A DNA stretch of 64,000 nt from Tubiluchus corallicola (Eukaryota > Animalia > Priapulida): contig JAQGDQ010000015.1 in assembly GCA_030141605.1 (NCBI GenBank), positions 310,001-374,000 on the forward strand, written 5' to 3'. Positions 24,946 to 37,794 of the stretch are shown one piece after another. Position 1 is the stretch's first letter. Each line of letters starts with the position of its first letter. A model generated the notes under the pieces. The model did not search any database. It was not told where the DNA came from and saw nothing but the letters and a program-made list of their open reading frames with translations. The translations under genes were made by a program, and so were the position numbers.

Positions 24946-26454
24946 TAATTTGGTTAGTGATGAACATTTTTATAAGCGCTGTACTACAGTGTACTAGTGT
25001 TAGTACTGCTTGTAATAAAGATTTAATTGTTACAAATAACACATTAAATTGATATGCTTATAATGTGTTAATACAAATCATATGCAGTAATAATAAGTGT
25101 ATAATAAAAAATCGAACAAGAAGTGAAAATAAAACTCTGACAACGGAAACATACAAACATTGGCAACTTAAATATACTTCATGACGCAAGCATAATTCTT
25201 TGACGGCCAAAAAATAAATTACCATGTAAATAATAGAAGTGAAAATCGGGTGTATCTATATATAGGTATATTGAAGTATATTAAATTGGGCATTAATTTT
25301 CATGCACAGGCATACAGAAGTTATAATTCACGTAACAAAAAGCGGATCATGAGGGGAACAGCCGGAATAAAAAATTACATTGCAAACAATATTGTAAGTT
25401 GTGTGTTATAGTCGTGCATAAGCAAGCGAATGTATAATGGAGTCATTAAAAAATTACAGAGCGATTTTCGATGATATGAGTTAAAATCAATAGGCAGGCA
25501 TTTAAAGCACAAAAAATTACCTGTATGACTGCACGAGGAGATGCATGAAAACAATTGGAGTCCAAACTTCAAAATATAAATATTCTAGACTTTGCAAACT
25601 TGAAATTGATCTACAGGAGTTAGACCATAAACAAATTAAATATTGAAATTAATTGAACCTGCTATAACAGTAATTGCTCTTGCACACAGTTACACAAATT
25701 ATTGTAGAGAGCAAAGGGAATAATTATAAAATTAATGTACGTAAGAAAAGAGATACGGCATGGAACATTTGCACTTGCTCGACATCTCCATATATGGCCT
25801 CACCACATACACCCGGCAGCCACATGAATCTCGAACTTGTAATGTTTTAGTCACACTCTTACTTAGGACGAATATTATCACACGTTAAACCGTTCTATCA
25901 ACTCTTTTCTAAATTTTACTTAACATCGAAATTATTATGATTTATAAGTTTGTTCCTACCTACTCCAACTTGCTTGTCGGTTAATCAATTAAATGCATTT
26001 TATATCATGCAAGTGAAATTAAGTGCATGTACATAGCGTATTCACCGAGTATAGAGCGCGTGTATATCTTACAGTACTACCAAGTACTAATTATTGCTAA
26101 CCACAACTGGTACTAATTTGATGATTTTTTCCATCATCGCGTGTAAAAGAGTCAAATTGAACTTTTAAAACAACAAATTAGTTCTAAAAAACAATTTTCA
26201 TTTCTATAAAGCACATTTCAAGCAATAGCAGAAACTATTCCCTTTTCACTGATACACAACAGAAACAGTAATGTCATTGGTCAAAACTGTAACGGTTACC
26301 ACCACAGTGTAGATGTAGTAAACAAAGTACCAAGTAAATAATGTTTTTTATTCATGGTACACACCGTGAAGGCGAGAACGTTAGACTAGTGCTTAGTAAA
26401 TTTTGTCACAAATTCAAAAGCCTATTTATTGTTTTTGGACTAAAATGAATTATA

Positions 26455-28070
26455 AAATTGTTATTGTTATTGATGTTTTCTAGTTTCTTTCAAAGTCTCA
26501 TTCCACCTATTGTAGGCATTGACACAATAACATTTATTAGAGTATTCCATCCACATCTATCTGCAGCTAACAGCATAAGTTCTTCTACTCCTAAAGATAG
26601 ATTTGACTGAAGTTGTTGAACACCTTTATTTGTTTTAGCTATCCGAGTTGTTTCTGGTTTGCCAGGTGGTTTTTTGCAAGGTTGTAAAGTTTCCTTTAAG
26701 GCAGTTCTTACTGGTGCTTCAGTTGGTTGAAGTTGTCCTAGGGATCTTAATCTTCGAATCATGACTTTGACGTTCTGGTGTATAAATCTTAATTTTTGAT
26801 TATATATATGACCATCTTATCTTTAAATCTTTCCGACCTCTATGAAATATGTTGATCTGCTTTTTGTGAGTAATCGTTAAACCCCAAGTTTCACTGCTGT
26901 ACATAAATATGCTGGTAACAGAAGCATTAAATAATCGAAGTTTTATGATAAGACTTAATTTCTTGCTAGTTAATACGTTCTTGTGTTGAAGAAAACATGC
27001 ATGGCTTGTTGCTTGCTACGTTTAATATAATCTTCAATGTTTAGAAAAGTGCCCATGTACTTGCACTTTTTCCAAAACTGATTACCATCTCTTGCAATAA
27101 CATATTCTTCTGTTTTTGATTGGTATGCTTAAGATTTCTTTTGTCTAGTTTTTTTTTGGGAAATCCCTTTTTATTGTGTTAGTTTGAAAATTTGATACGC
27201 TGATTCATTGAATATCATCTTCATATCGTTGATCAATAAAGAATGCTTCGTAGGATTCCAAACCAGGAGAGTGGTCCAGAGTATGTTGAGGAAGGATCAC
27301 AGACAGTGGTATCGTAATCATGAGCATTATTTGAAGAAGTTTGGAACTGCAGTGCATTTGCTAGGCAGAGCGTGAAAAGCATTGAACTAAGACCGTCCCC
27401 CTGAGGGACACCAATATTGGAACTAAAAGTTCTTCCTAAGGTGTTCCCAACTTTTACAATCATTTAGTAGAATTATAATAATGTGCATTTCATCTGGTTG
27501 TAGTGTGGTTTGTAGGTCATCGAAGAGAATTCCTCTTTCTACAGTATCAAATGCCTTGCTCATATCAAGCAACAAGACTGTGATTTGATAAGAACTGGAT
27601 ATGACTGCTTTTTCTGCTAGTATTTTTGCTGACATTATCAGTTCAGTGCTCCCCTCCCTATATGCTTCTTCCCTCCCTATATGCAGCTTAACTTGGTGGA
27701 ATGTTGCCTTTAATCTGCCATGTATGCGTCTGATCATGCATATTGCCGAAATTTTCCTTAACAAACTCAGCAGTATAATTGGTCTTAAATTTCCTACTGG
27801 TCCTTTCTTCTTTTTAGGTTTTTGAATAGGCGCTAATATTCCCCGCTTAAATTCTTTTGGAAAGTTTCCTGTTTCTGCAATAGTGTTTAGTAAATTTTAT
27901 ATTCCAATGCTAATGATCTTTGGCCCATAGTTTAGCTGTTCTGTTACAAGATTATCTATACCTGCACTTTTTCCATTCTTTAAAGATTTTATTGCTTTTA
28001 AAACCTCTTCGGGAACAAAAGGTAGTTTTCCGCAAGGTTGCCATTCTCGATCAGCAAAATTTATGTAGAT
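26455..28070 (-). mobile_element. Frameshifted non-LTR retrotransposon reverse transcriptase, 5'-truncated (RTE-like)
   Basis: Fragments in several frames: EEVLKAIKSLKNGKSAGIDNL, PIQKPKKKKGPVGNLRPIILLSLLRKI, VLLLDMSKAFDTVER, NIGVPQGDGLSSMLFTL, TEAPVRTALKE..KKPPGKP. (CAATAA)n-like tail at ~26457-26475. Confidence 0.9.
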
Positions 28071-28859
28071 CAATTTCATTCCGGGATTTCTACTTGACAT
28101 ACACTGTGCATGCGTTACTTGTTGCCTTATTTCTATTTTAATGTATCTAACGTAATTTTGTAAACAATTTGCTATAATTATAAAGTTCGATTTCGCTTTT
28201 CATTTAATCATTTTTTTGTGTTTTATAATAATTTCATTACTTCAACACTTTTTTTACAAAATTAAAAATGGGGTCGATTTGGGGCTTTTCATTCAATTTG
28301 TACAAGGGCCCCCAGCCTAGTTGTTACGCAACTGTTTAGTAGTAAATGATTTTAACGAGTACTATAATTATGCAAGACTAGAAATAATGAACGAGATAAA
28401 GAATCTTACTGAATTTTAGTCAGCATGATTAGCCATTTGTCTAATGTTGTTCATTTGTACTTCCGACTTCAAATAAAGATTATGAATATGATTATGATAT
28501 TCAGTCATAAAGTATCTTATAAGCTGAGGTTATAAATTATTCTCAACTTATTTGCTTCTGTTTCTTGTTTTGTTTTGTATGATTTATATTTGCCTTATTT
28601 TTCCTTGGTTTAATCTATTATATGTTTTTCTCGACAGCTTTGGTTGATCATTCTACTGTTTTTTTGTTTTGTTTTTTTGCCGGATTTTTTAGGTAATGCT
28701 CAAATTATGCATATTCTGTTATCTTAAAAATCTCAAGTTATTTTTATTGTGTTTGCTTCGCATGATTCATAGTATTTTAGAATTGTAAATCTTTCGTTAT
28801 TTAAACTATATGTTCTACAGTATTACGATACCTATCATTCAATTGCCAAATTAACACAC

Positions 28860-29056
28860 ATCAACCGAATACAAATTTAAATTGATAACGACGCCATAAT
28901 TAAGTTTATTTAATCATAACTATTTAAGGGTGGCTGACTTGATAACCTACGGGTTCTTCGCTGCCCTTCTCCTTTGCTTTAAAATATTCCATGTAGTCTT
29001 TATACTGTATTTTTATCGTTCTAACGGAGATAATAAATAATTGAATTGAATTGAAA
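28860..29056 (+). mobile_element. LINE 3'-end relic with (ATTGA)n tail
   Basis: AAGGGTGGC...GCTGCCCTT stem-loop, then AATAAA and ATTGAATTGAATTGAA; same family as 24820-24945. Confidence 0.6.
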
Positions 29057-29422
29057 TCAACAAGGAGCTTCGGAAAGAACCACTATGTTAACTTAATGCG
29101 AATTACATAATTCATAATGAAAGTTTAAAACAATAAAATGTTAATAAAATAATAACTGATTGTGTTCCTGTAACGTATCATCTTTCTTATTAACAATGAA
29201 TGACTACATTAAAGTACAACTAACATTACTCAGTATAATCATGTTTATTTGAATCAGGATCACATCAGCCATTATGATTAATATTACTACGGAGGCTTAT
29301 TATTACTATAACGAATATGTTTCAGTGTTCTTTGAAACACGCAGTATTCTAAAGTATCACTGTAATTTGGAATCATTTTTGAAGCCAATAGAAGCTAGTT
29401 TTTTGAAAAGAGATGCGATCAG

Positions 29423-29464
<42 letters not shown>

Positions 29465-29474
29465 TACACACACA
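29423..29474. repeat. (CA)n microsatellite
   Basis: About 19 uninterrupted CA units plus a degenerate extension. Confidence 0.95.
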
Positions 29475-30019
29475 AACGAGCGAACAAACAAGTGCACACA
29501 TGTACATACTGACCAAGTAGCAGACTCAGCCTAACTATGACTAACACCAGAAAGGGCGCCTTGGCTGATTGGTAGTATGGCAGGTTTGTCAGTCCAGCAG
29601 AATTGGCGGTAAGGCAGGTTTGGTAAGTGTGGCAGTGATGCAGCAGTGAGAGTTCATGTGAAGCATTTAGAGAAAGACCTTGTGAGTCTCCTACAAGCTG
29701 TTCAAGGATGTATGTGTTTCACGTGGTATGTTAGAGCATTAGAAGTTTTACAACATTTCGTGACGCTCGTAAAAATCTTACACGGAACACTTACCATATT
29801 TTAGAACAAAGTCAGCCGCCCACTTGTACTTCGTCTTCATATGCGTATTCGTGTGCAATCGAGCAGTTTTTCTTAGATCTCGGGTTGAGAATGCGTCTCT
29901 TACTAACAAGCTGTAGAACTCTCGTCAGAGACTACCGAATATGTCTTACGTATAAAATTGAGGTGGTTTACAATGCAAGATTCAGTGTAAATCCAAAAAT
30001 ATTTAGTGTAAATATCTTC

Positions 30020-30140
30020 ATTGAACAAGTTTTGAACTAATGTCTCTGTGCTTGATTATTTTCATTGAATAAGCTATGAAATGTCTCGATCTGTACGTGA
30101 TTACTTTGATTTAATAAGTTTTGAAATGTCTCTGTATGTG
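30020..30140. repeat. Degenerate ~45-50 bp tandem repeat, 3 copies
   Basis: TTGAACAAGTTTTGAACTAATGTCTCTGT / TTGAATAAGCTATGAAATGTCTCGATCTGT / TTAATAAGTTTTGAAATGTCTCTGT. Confidence 0.65.
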
Positions 30141-31740
30141 TCGGTAAATAATTACTGTACCTGCACAGTGTTGTTATACACTGCACAGTGGATAATTACA
30201 AAAATATTTTCTAACCATGCATAGTATCATTTTAGTGGCAATATCTTCATGTACATATTGGGTTACTTGCCTATTGAGTTTTTGTATGTTGCTTACAATA
30301 CCACCATTTTAGCATTGCCATAGAGTAATTTTATTGTAAAAAATCATAATACAAAGTTACTCTATCGTGATAGAATTCATTTTAAAATAAAAATTTAGAA
30401 TATGAAGTACTGTATTGCAACATCACAATATGAAAACTGGCTAACAACGAGAGTGAGACCAGCTTCACACATTACGAGTTGTTTGTAAAGATTACATCGA
30501 AAAAAATTTTTCACAAGAACAGCCAATAAATGCAATAGAAATAGTATTACATTTTAACTGAAAATATGGCCAGCTCTTTACTTGTAACAACAATTATTTG
30601 TAAAAACAATCCTTCAGGCTGATCTCCAGCTGTTATAATTGCATCACTATAATCTGTATCATTACGATGATGCTTCAACGATTTGCAGGAGCATTGATAT
30701 GCTCACTCAGACATGAAACAAATACTTTTTATGAACTAAAACTATTTTATTAGCAGGTTTCAGTACACAATTTGAATTGAGAAACATTAACATGTAAACT
30801 TCAAGACACAAATTCTTATAATTGTTCAGTTACTAGTAAAAAACAATCACGATTCTCTCATCCTTTTTATCCCACACTATCACAACAGCAATACTTCACC
30901 ATCACATAGCATTATGTTTACCATCAGAGCAAATAGCAAGTGGCCATAGACAACATAAGCATTATAGTACATAAATTAAATTATTAATGACAATCGACTG
31001 AAATGATTATGCAATCTCTCATGGGTGTTGCTCCTATTTTGTATTTTGTCTTCTCAGACTATGCGATCAAACAACACATCATCAATTGGGCTGTAAAGCC
31101 CAATACCAAGAAAGTAATTATGGTAATAATTATACTGATAAAGTAATTATGGTAATAATTAATGTAAAAGCTGTTGAAAGGACTTTACAAATGTTTACAC
31201 AAAGTTTACTGCAAGACTATTAGCAACACAAAGTTTACTGCAAGACTATTAGCACGTATTGGTATTTTATATAAGTTATTTTTAAGTGTACAAATGCACA
31301 ACAAAAAATTAGTTATTAGATACACAAATTCCAAACTAAACCAAATTCAAACAAAACAGGAAATTTTTATACATTCATATTCATATTTACATCTTTGTGT
31401 TGCAGCTGCAGTAAACACAATTCCAATGAGTAATAACTGTACTTTAAAAAAATTTTCTTGGATGAACCAATTGACCCAACTGTTAAGGTTAAATAAATAT
31501 ACTGCTAGCCATTATAAAAATAAACAAAATGGAATGATTATACTAATTAGGATTTCTTTGCTTATTTTTGAAGTTTTACTGACTTTGGGATTTTTATCTG
31601 TTTTTTCATCTTTCGTGACCTATAAACGGGCACATAATAAATGACAATCCTATAGAATAACACATTAAATTTACAGTTTCAACAATTCCAGAAAAATGGA
31701 AAGAGCAAATTCTTGCTCCACTTACTTTACAGCGTCACCA

Positions 31741-34700
31741 TTAATCTTCATCACTTTCATCGACAGTGGGACTGTAAGTAGGAGAGGTTGGGGAGTATGT
31801 AGGACTGGTCGGGGAATATGAAGGAGTTGGTCCTTCTGGTGTTGCAGGGCTAAAAGAAGGACTTGTAGGTGAATAAGATGGACTCGCTGGGGAATATGAG
31901 GGACTCTCAGGACTGTATTTTGGTGAGGTGGGACTGTACTCAGGTGAAGCAGGACTATAATGAGGTGAAGAAGATGAAGGACTATACTGAGGTGAAGATG
32001 GGCTGTACTGTGGCGACATTGGGCTGTACTTGGGAGAGGTGGGACTATACTGAGGTGTTGATGGTGTGGGACTGTACTGTGGGGAGGTTGGGCTATACTG
32101 GGGTGATGACGGGCTATACTGTGGAGACGTTGGTGTATAGGTGGGGCTTGTGGGACTATATGTAGGGCTGGTTGGAGAATACTTAGGACTACTGGGCGAA
32201 TAAGATGGAGAAGCAGGGCTGTAAGAGGGGCTTGTAGGACTATATGATGGGCTTGTTGGGCTGTATTTTGGTGATGATGGTGCATACTGTGGAGAACTTG
32301 GCGAGTAGCTAGGGCTTTGAGGGCTGTAACTCGGAGAAGTAGGACTATAACTCGGAGACGTAGGACTGTACTTAGGACTACTCGGTGAGTAACTGGGACT
32401 GGTAGGTGAATAACTTGGAGAAGTGGGTGAGTAGCTGGGTGATGTAGGGCTATAGTTAGGGGATGTTGGACTATAGCTAGGGCTGGTTGGGCTGTAGCTA
32501 GGGCTTGTGGGACTATAGCTGGGGCTGGTGGGGCTATAACTTGGACTTGTTGGACTGTAGCTAGGACTAGTTGGGCTGTAGCTTGGTGACGTAGGACTGT
32601 AAGATGGGCTAGTCGGAGAATAAGATGGGCTTGTTGGCGAGTACTTGGGTGAAGTTGGCGAATAACTAGGGCTCGTTGGAGAGTAGCTGGGTGATGTTGG
32701 ACTGTAGCTAGGACTAGTAGGGCTATAGCTAGGGCTTGTCGGACTATAACTGGGACTGGTGGGGGAATAACTAGGGCTTGTTGGCGAATAACTTGGACTA
32801 GTTGGGCTATAGCTTGGTGATGTAGGAGAGTAGCTTTTCTGAGCTGGTGAATAGCTGGGGCTTGTAGGACTGTATGTAGGACTGGTACTTGAATAACCAG
32901 GTGATGTAGGGCTGTAAGAAGGAGAAGTTGGTGAATAACCAGGACTGCGAGGAGTTAATGACCCTGGAGAACTTGCAATGTAAGCAGGCGAAGCAGGGCT
33001 GTAACTAGGCGACAGTGGACCAGCAGGCGACGGTATGTACGGACTTGCAGGAGATCCTGGGCCAGGTGAACCAGGTTGCGGAGACCAAGCAGGTGAATAA
33101 CCTGGAGAAAAACCGCTAGCATCACTTGCTGCTGATGGAGAAAATGCTGCTGCACCCGGTGTCATTCCACTACCCAAACCTGGTGACCAAGCATCCACAT
33201 AACTTGGAGTTGCACCCGATCCCCAAGGTGTCATTTGTGGAGACATGCCACTAATTGGAGTTGCAGCACTACCAAAAAACATGCCATCTCCTGGGCCCAT
33301 CATCATGCTGCCAGTCATGTTAGTTGGTAACTCTATACCGTGCTTGCATTTTTCTGCATCAAGCAGTAAGTCAAAAGACCCAGTTCCTACTCTTGCAAGT
33401 TGACCAAGCATTATATTCTCCGACACACCTTTCATTAAATCAACTTCAGCATGTGCAGCTGCATCCATTAATACGTCAACAGTTTCTTCAAATGAACACC
33501 TCATAAGTGCTCCAGTGTCCTGCCTGTTAATTCCATGTCGTGTTATGGCCATAAGATGACCCTTCTGAGTCATAATATCACAAAGTAAAGCCAAATGACG
33601 GTAGTTTACGTAAGATCCATCAAAAGAAATTACATGATTCATTTCCCTCTCTATTGCTTTTCGTACTGCTTCAATGCCCATTACTGAGAATATTTCGCAT
33701 ATGTCATTAGATGTTGTTCGTACAGGATCTACATCACGTTCACTTAGAACTTTCATAAGACTAGTACCATCAGTTTCAAGAAGCCATTCAGAGATAGGTT
33801 TAAATTCACCCTCATCTGTAATTATTATCCGTTTTTTGTTATCTGTGTTTGGTAAATGCATGTACACCTTGGATATTGATTCTATTCCTTGCAATGTCAT
33901 GTCACTAAGCATGTTAGCTTCAATACATCTTAAAAACATAGAATCATCCATTTTATCAACAACTTCTTCCTCATCTTGAAATTTGCTGTCTTCATTATTC
34001 ATAATGCGTATGCGAAGTACCAACTTCTCAGCATTATCATCATTAAAGATGCAATTTAGATCATCACCAAATGCAGCATTAATTTTCTCCGATATCTGCT
34101 CCATAGTTAATTTCTTATCTGTCATTCGCTTTCTATCTAGCTCTATACGCAACAGCCACGGTGAAATGCGGGTTGGATGAAAATCTGGCATTTCATAGTA
34201 GATGTTTACAAATTCCTGATCTTCTGCAATGCATGTGTTCTGCGGATCAGGGTCGTAATAAATGGCAGTATTAGCAGTCACTTTTCGCAGTGTTGTATGT
34301 TCAAGTCTGCATAAGACATCTTTGGCTTTTTCAGCATCTCGAGCTGCTTGACCAATCAGGAAAACAGTTAATGATGGCGTTTTGGGGCGCTTTGATACAT
34401 TGATAATTTCTTTAAGTCTAGGCACACCAAGTGTCACATTTTTTGCAGACACACCAGCATAATGGAAAGTGTTTAGTGTCATCTGTGTGGCTGGTTCTCC
34501 TAAGCTTTGTGCTGCTAAAGGTCCAACCATCTCTCCGGGTTGTACCTGTGAATGCTGAAATCGACTTTCTATTTCGCCAAGCAACCACTCAAATGCCTCT
34601 GATGACAAGCGGTATTCTTCAATAACTCGCTTAGTACAAAGTGTAGAACGCACCATTGCATTTATGTTCAAGGTGGCATTTTGCTGTGCCTGTTTACTCA

Positions 34701-37700
34701 ATCTGTCCTCTCCATCTACAACAATTAATTTGTTGCACAACTCCCTGACACCATCTATTACTCGAAGTGGGTGCAAATCGGAAGGTGCACGAGTATTTAT
34801 GTGAAAAATCTTCTGAGCATTCCAAATCATTCTCTGCAAATTGCATGGCAAAACTACTCTACTGTTGCCGGTAGAAAAGACACTTCTTATGGCCTCTCTG
34901 TCTTGTTTTAATATTTCCCATTCTTGTTCAAGTTCAGCTAATACTTTTGCTGATCCCTGCAAATCACTTACTATGTCTTCATTAAGCAGTTTCTTGAGTT
35001 TTCTCTCATTTGCTATATCAAACTTGAACTTCTTTTCAAAAGCCTTGCTAGAAGGTTTCAATGAAGACATGGTTTGAAATTCTACCCTGGTACCATCAAG
35101 TCCATCTTCCCCATAACGCAACTGGATTAGCTGCTCCATACTATTTCGTACTGTTCCATCATAACGTATCATTACGGATTCCATGGCTTTGATTAGTCTG
35201 CGCTGGATATACCCGGTTTCTGCAGTTTTAACAGCTGTATCAATCAATCCTTCTCGCCCTCCCATAGCATGGAAAAAAAATTCTGAAGGCGTCAAACCAG
35301 CCAGGTAAGAATTTTCAACGAAACCTCTGCTTTCAGGTCCGTAATCATCCTTAATGAAATGAGGCAATGTTCTATGACGAAATCCAAATGGTATACGCTT
35401 TCCTTCAACATTCTGTTGACCTACACAGGCAATGACTTGAGATATGTTAATTTTGGAACCCTTTGACCCAGCTACTACCATAGACTTGAAGTTGTTAAAA
35501 TCTGACAATGATTTCTGCGCACTGCTACCTGTCTTATCTCTTGCATCATTCAGGATCCTATTCACTTGATTTTCAAATGTTTGCCTGAGTGTGTTTCCTG
35601 GAGTTGGCTCCAATTCATCATTGTGTGCCTTCTCAATGACATCTATCACGTCTTGCTTAGCTTTCTTGATGGTATTTTGAATATCTGTGTATGTAGATGG
35701 ATCAGCAATACAGTCCCCAATACCAATTGAGTGTCCTTCAAGTAACAGCCAATTATTGACAACAGTCTGAATATTACCATACAGCTCAGCTGTTATCTTA
35801 TGCCCCATTTCTAACATAACTACATGCATAAGAGAGCCAGCTGAGGCACCGACAGTCTTCTTACAAATAATGCCACAAATCAGTTCTCCTCCTTCAATCA
35901 ACACTTTAGTGTCGCCTGGTGAAATCCACCGATATGGTCCGTTATCCTCATCATCAGGATGTGTACTGTGTGTCCTCACACAATTTGTCATGCCTGGAAT
36001 GATAAGAGAAAACAACTGCTTGCCAGTCCAAAGTGGTTTTGGCTTCACAATAGCTGGTTGAGGCATTTTACCATCCCAAGAAGGCAACCACATAAGCAAA
36101 TTCATCATCTCGTGTTTTTCAAGAAAAATGTCTCTTTTTGTCATTTTCCTTACGGCGCAAAGGGTATCTTGTACAATGCCCATACATGGGCGATTAGATT
36201 GAGGAGTGATGATGTTCCTTGGCACCATCATAATCTCCGTTACTTCTGCACGTGTCTCCATTGACTGTGGAACATGCAAGTTCATTTCATCACCATCAAA
36301 ATCAGCATTGTAAGGTGTGGTCACACTAAGGTTCAATCTGAATGTTGACCAAGGAAGAATTTTCACTCTATGGCCCATCATAGACATTTTGTGCAGCGTT
36401 GGTTGACGATTAAATATGACCACATCATCATCCCTTATGTGTCGCTCTACTTTGTAACCACACTGCAAATGCAAATCACTAGGTTTTGGATGAAATCTGA
36501 GATCAATCCTGTCTCCATTATCTCGAATAATATACTTTGCACCGGGATACTGGTTTGCTCCTCTCTGAACTAACGCTTGCATTCTATCAATGTTAAAGGG
36601 AGTAACAATTTCAGGAAATGTTAGATTAGATGCAATTGTTCTAGGAACACCAACCTGGTCAATTGCCAAATTTGGATCAGGGGTGATAACAGCACGTGCA
36701 CTAAAATCTACACGTTTACCCATGAGGTTACCGCGAATTCGACCCTCCTTGCCTTTCAGTCTTGCTTTTATGGACTTCAGTGGTCGACCCGATTTTTGTA
36801 GTGCACGCTGCATCCCAGGACTTTCATTGTCAACTAAAGTGCCAACATGAAATTGCAGCATTTTCACATCCTCTGCAATAATATGAGCAGCAGCCCCATT
36901 CTGTTCATCTCTTATTAACTGGTTGTTTGACTTCACAATATCAGAAAGTTTATGAGTAATGTCATCTTGGTTTCTAGCACTGCCAAACATTACAACTGCT
37001 GGACGCACACAGAGAGGTGGGATAGGCAAAACTGTAATTAACATCCAATCTGGTCGTGTGTACTTTGGGTCCATCCCCAGCACATGAGAATGCTCATCCG
37101 GTATATTCTTGAAGATCTCATGCACGTGTTCAGCTGTAAGTACAATCTTTTTCTCCTGAGAATCCTCATTAATGTGCTTCCATTCAGCTGTTAACTCTAA
37201 ACCCATTCTCCTAATTTTTGGTTGATATCGACCACAACCACCATGACCTTTTGGGCGTGGCTCTTCTTCTCCTTCCTGACCAAGGTCAAAGCCAAATTTC
37301 GACTTGTCCATTTCATCACCACCCTCGCATATGTTTTTACCTTTGCACAAGTCATATACATGCGCAAGTCGTTTACGAGGCTGACCTTTGGATTTAGACG
37401 AAATGTCTTTAATTTTTGGATGATTAGGATCTACCAACAACTTTGCACAATAGAAACAGACGCAACGCAATACCTTGATAGTTTTACTCAAAAAGCCAAT
37501 GTGAAAAACTGGCTTTGCTAATTCTATATGACCGAAGTGTCCAGGACAATCAGTCATTGTACAAGCACATGTTTGACATCTGGAAGCTCTGTCTGGAGCA
37601 CCTTGCCTAGGATCCATCAAGCCTCCAAGTTTTGGCTTTCCTCCCTCCATGGTCTCCGGATATTTGATCTCGCATACTGACATACGCCTGACTTCATCTG

Positions 37701-37776
37701 GACTTAGGACACCAAATTGAACTCTAGTAACTGTTCTCAGTGGTGCACTTGAATCAGAGCATAATGCAGTTGCCAT
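31741..37776 (-). CDS. POLR2A: DNA-directed RNA polymerase II largest subunit RPB1, single-exon CDS, 2011 aa
   Basis: Uninterrupted ORF with the clamp zinc site CQTC...[28 protein letters not shown], catalytic NADFDGD, bridge helix [15 protein letters not shown], trigger loop [16 protein letters not shown], and a YSPTSPS CTD. Confidence 0.99.
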   Translation of the reverse strand: MATALCSDSSAPLRTVTRVQFGVLSPDEVRRMSVCEIKYPETMEGGKPKLGGLMDPRQGAPDRASRCQTCACTMTDCPGHFGHIELAKPVFHIGFLSKTIKVLRCVCFYCAKLLVDPNHPKIKDISSKSKGQPRKRLAHVYDLCKGKNICEGGDEMDKSKFGFDLGQEGEEEPRPKGHGGCGRYQPKIRRMGLELTAEWKHINEDSQEKKIVLTAEHVHEIFKNIPDEHSHVLGMDPKYTRPDWMLITVLPIPPLCVRPAVVMFGSARNQDDITHKLSDIVKSNNQLIRDEQNGAAAHIIAEDVKMLQFHVGTLVDNESPGMQRALQKSGRPLKSIKARLKGKEGRIRGNLMGKRVDFSARAVITPDPNLAIDQVGVPRTIASNLTFPEIVTPFNIDRMQALVQRGANQYPGAKYIIRDNGDRIDLRFHPKPSDLHLQCGYKVERHIRDDDVVIFNRQPTLHKMSMMGHRVKILPWSTFRLNLSVTTPYNADFDGDEMNLHVPQSMETRAEVTEIMMVPRNIITPQSNRPCMGIVQDTLCAVRKMTKRDIFLEKHEMMNLLMWLPSWDGKMPQPAIVKPKPLWTGKQLFSLIIPGMTNCVRTHSTHPDDEDNGPYRWISPGDTKVLIEGGELICGIICKKTVGASAGSLMHVVMLEMGHKITAELYGNIQTVVNNWLLLEGHSIGIGDCIADPSTYTDIQNTIKKAKQDVIDVIEKAHNDELEPTPGNTLRQTFENQVNRILNDARDKTGSSAQKSLSDFNNFKSMVVAGSKGSKINISQVIACVGQQNVEGKRIPFGFRHRTLPHFIKDDYGPESRGFVENSYLAGLTPSEFFFHAMGGREGLIDTAVKTAETGYIQRRLIKAMESVMIRYDGTVRNSMEQLIQLRYGEDGLDGTRVEFQTMSSLKPSSKAFEKKFKFDIANERKLKKLLNEDIVSDLQGSAKVLAELEQEWEILKQDREAIRSVFSTGNSRVVLPCNLQRMIWNAQKIFHINTRAPSDLHPLRVIDGVRELCNKLIVVDGEDRLSKQAQQNATLNINAMVRSTLCTKRVIEEYRLSSEAFEWLLGEIESRFQHSQVQPGEMVGPLAAQSLGEPATQMTLNTFHYAGVSAKNVTLGVPRLKEIINVSKRPKTPSLTVFLIGQAARDAEKAKDVLCRLEHTTLRKVTANTAIYYDPDPQNTCIAEDQEFVNIYYEMPDFHPTRISPWLLRIELDRKRMTDKKLTMEQISEKINAAFGDDLNCIFNDDNAEKLVLRIRIMNNEDSKFQDEEEVVDKMDDSMFLRCIEANMLSDMTLQGIESISKVYMHLPNTDNKKRIIITDEGEFKPISEWLLETDGTSLMKVLSERDVDPVRTTSNDICEIFSVMGIEAVRKAIEREMNHVISFDGSYVNYRHLALLCDIMTQKGHLMAITRHGINRQDTGALMRCSFEETVDVLMDAAAHAEVDLMKGVSENIMLGQLARVGTGSFDLLLDAEKCKHGIELPTNMTGSMMMGPGDGMFFGSAATPISGMSPQMTPWGSGATPSYVDAWSPGLGSGMTPGAAAFSPSAASDASGFSPGYSPAWSPQPGSPGPGSPASPYIPSPAGPLSPSYSPASPAYIASSPGSLTPRSPGYSPTSPSYSPTSPGYSSTSPTYSPTSPSYSPAQKSYSPTSPSYSPTSPSYSPTSPSYSPTSPSYSPTSPSYSPTSPSYSPTSPSYSPTSPSYSPTSPKYSPTSPSYSPTSPSYSPTSPSYSPTSPSYSPTSPSYSPTSPSYSPTSPSYSPTSPSYSPTSPNYSPTSPSYSPTSPSYSPTSPSYSPSSPKYSPTSPSYSPTSPSYSPQSPSYSPSSPQYAPSSPKYSPTSPSYSPTSPSYSPASPSYSPSSPKYSPTSPTYSPTSPTYTPTSPQYSPSSPQYSPTSPQYSPTPSTPQYSPTSPKYSPMSPQYSPSSPQYSPSSSSPHYSPASPEYSPTSPKYSPESPSYSPASPSYSPTSPSFSPATPEGPTPSYSPTSPTYSPTSPTYSPTVDESDED
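31744..32937 (-). repeat. RPB1 CTD coding heptad repeat (~55 heptads, 26 perfect YSPTSPS by my count)
   Basis: 21-bp periodic coding repeat, counted from the supplied translation and cross-checked with coordinates. Confidence 0.95.
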
Positions 37777-37794
37777 CTTGTTTCAGTGCCAAAC

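Noticed and set aside
23910-25560. Extra upstream coding exons of ZNF106 (open stretch 24075-23915; donor at 25520)
   Set aside because: The open stretch ends in TAA before the donor. These could be 5' UTR exons, but I cannot support them as coding.
29550-29975. Possible solo LTR (TG...CA, GC-richer stretch)
   Set aside because: No matching TSD, PBS or second copy in the window; boundaries are ambiguous.
31722-32285. 187-aa His/Pro/Gln-rich ORF and other ORFs overlapping RPB1
   Set aside because: These are alternative-frame or antisense shadows of the RPB1 CTD and CDS, with no independent evidence.
31744-32937. Regular short repeats that might suggest a CRISPR-like array
   Set aside because: The 21-bp period has no spacers and is the coding YSPTSPS repeat; the context is eukaryotic with no cas genes.
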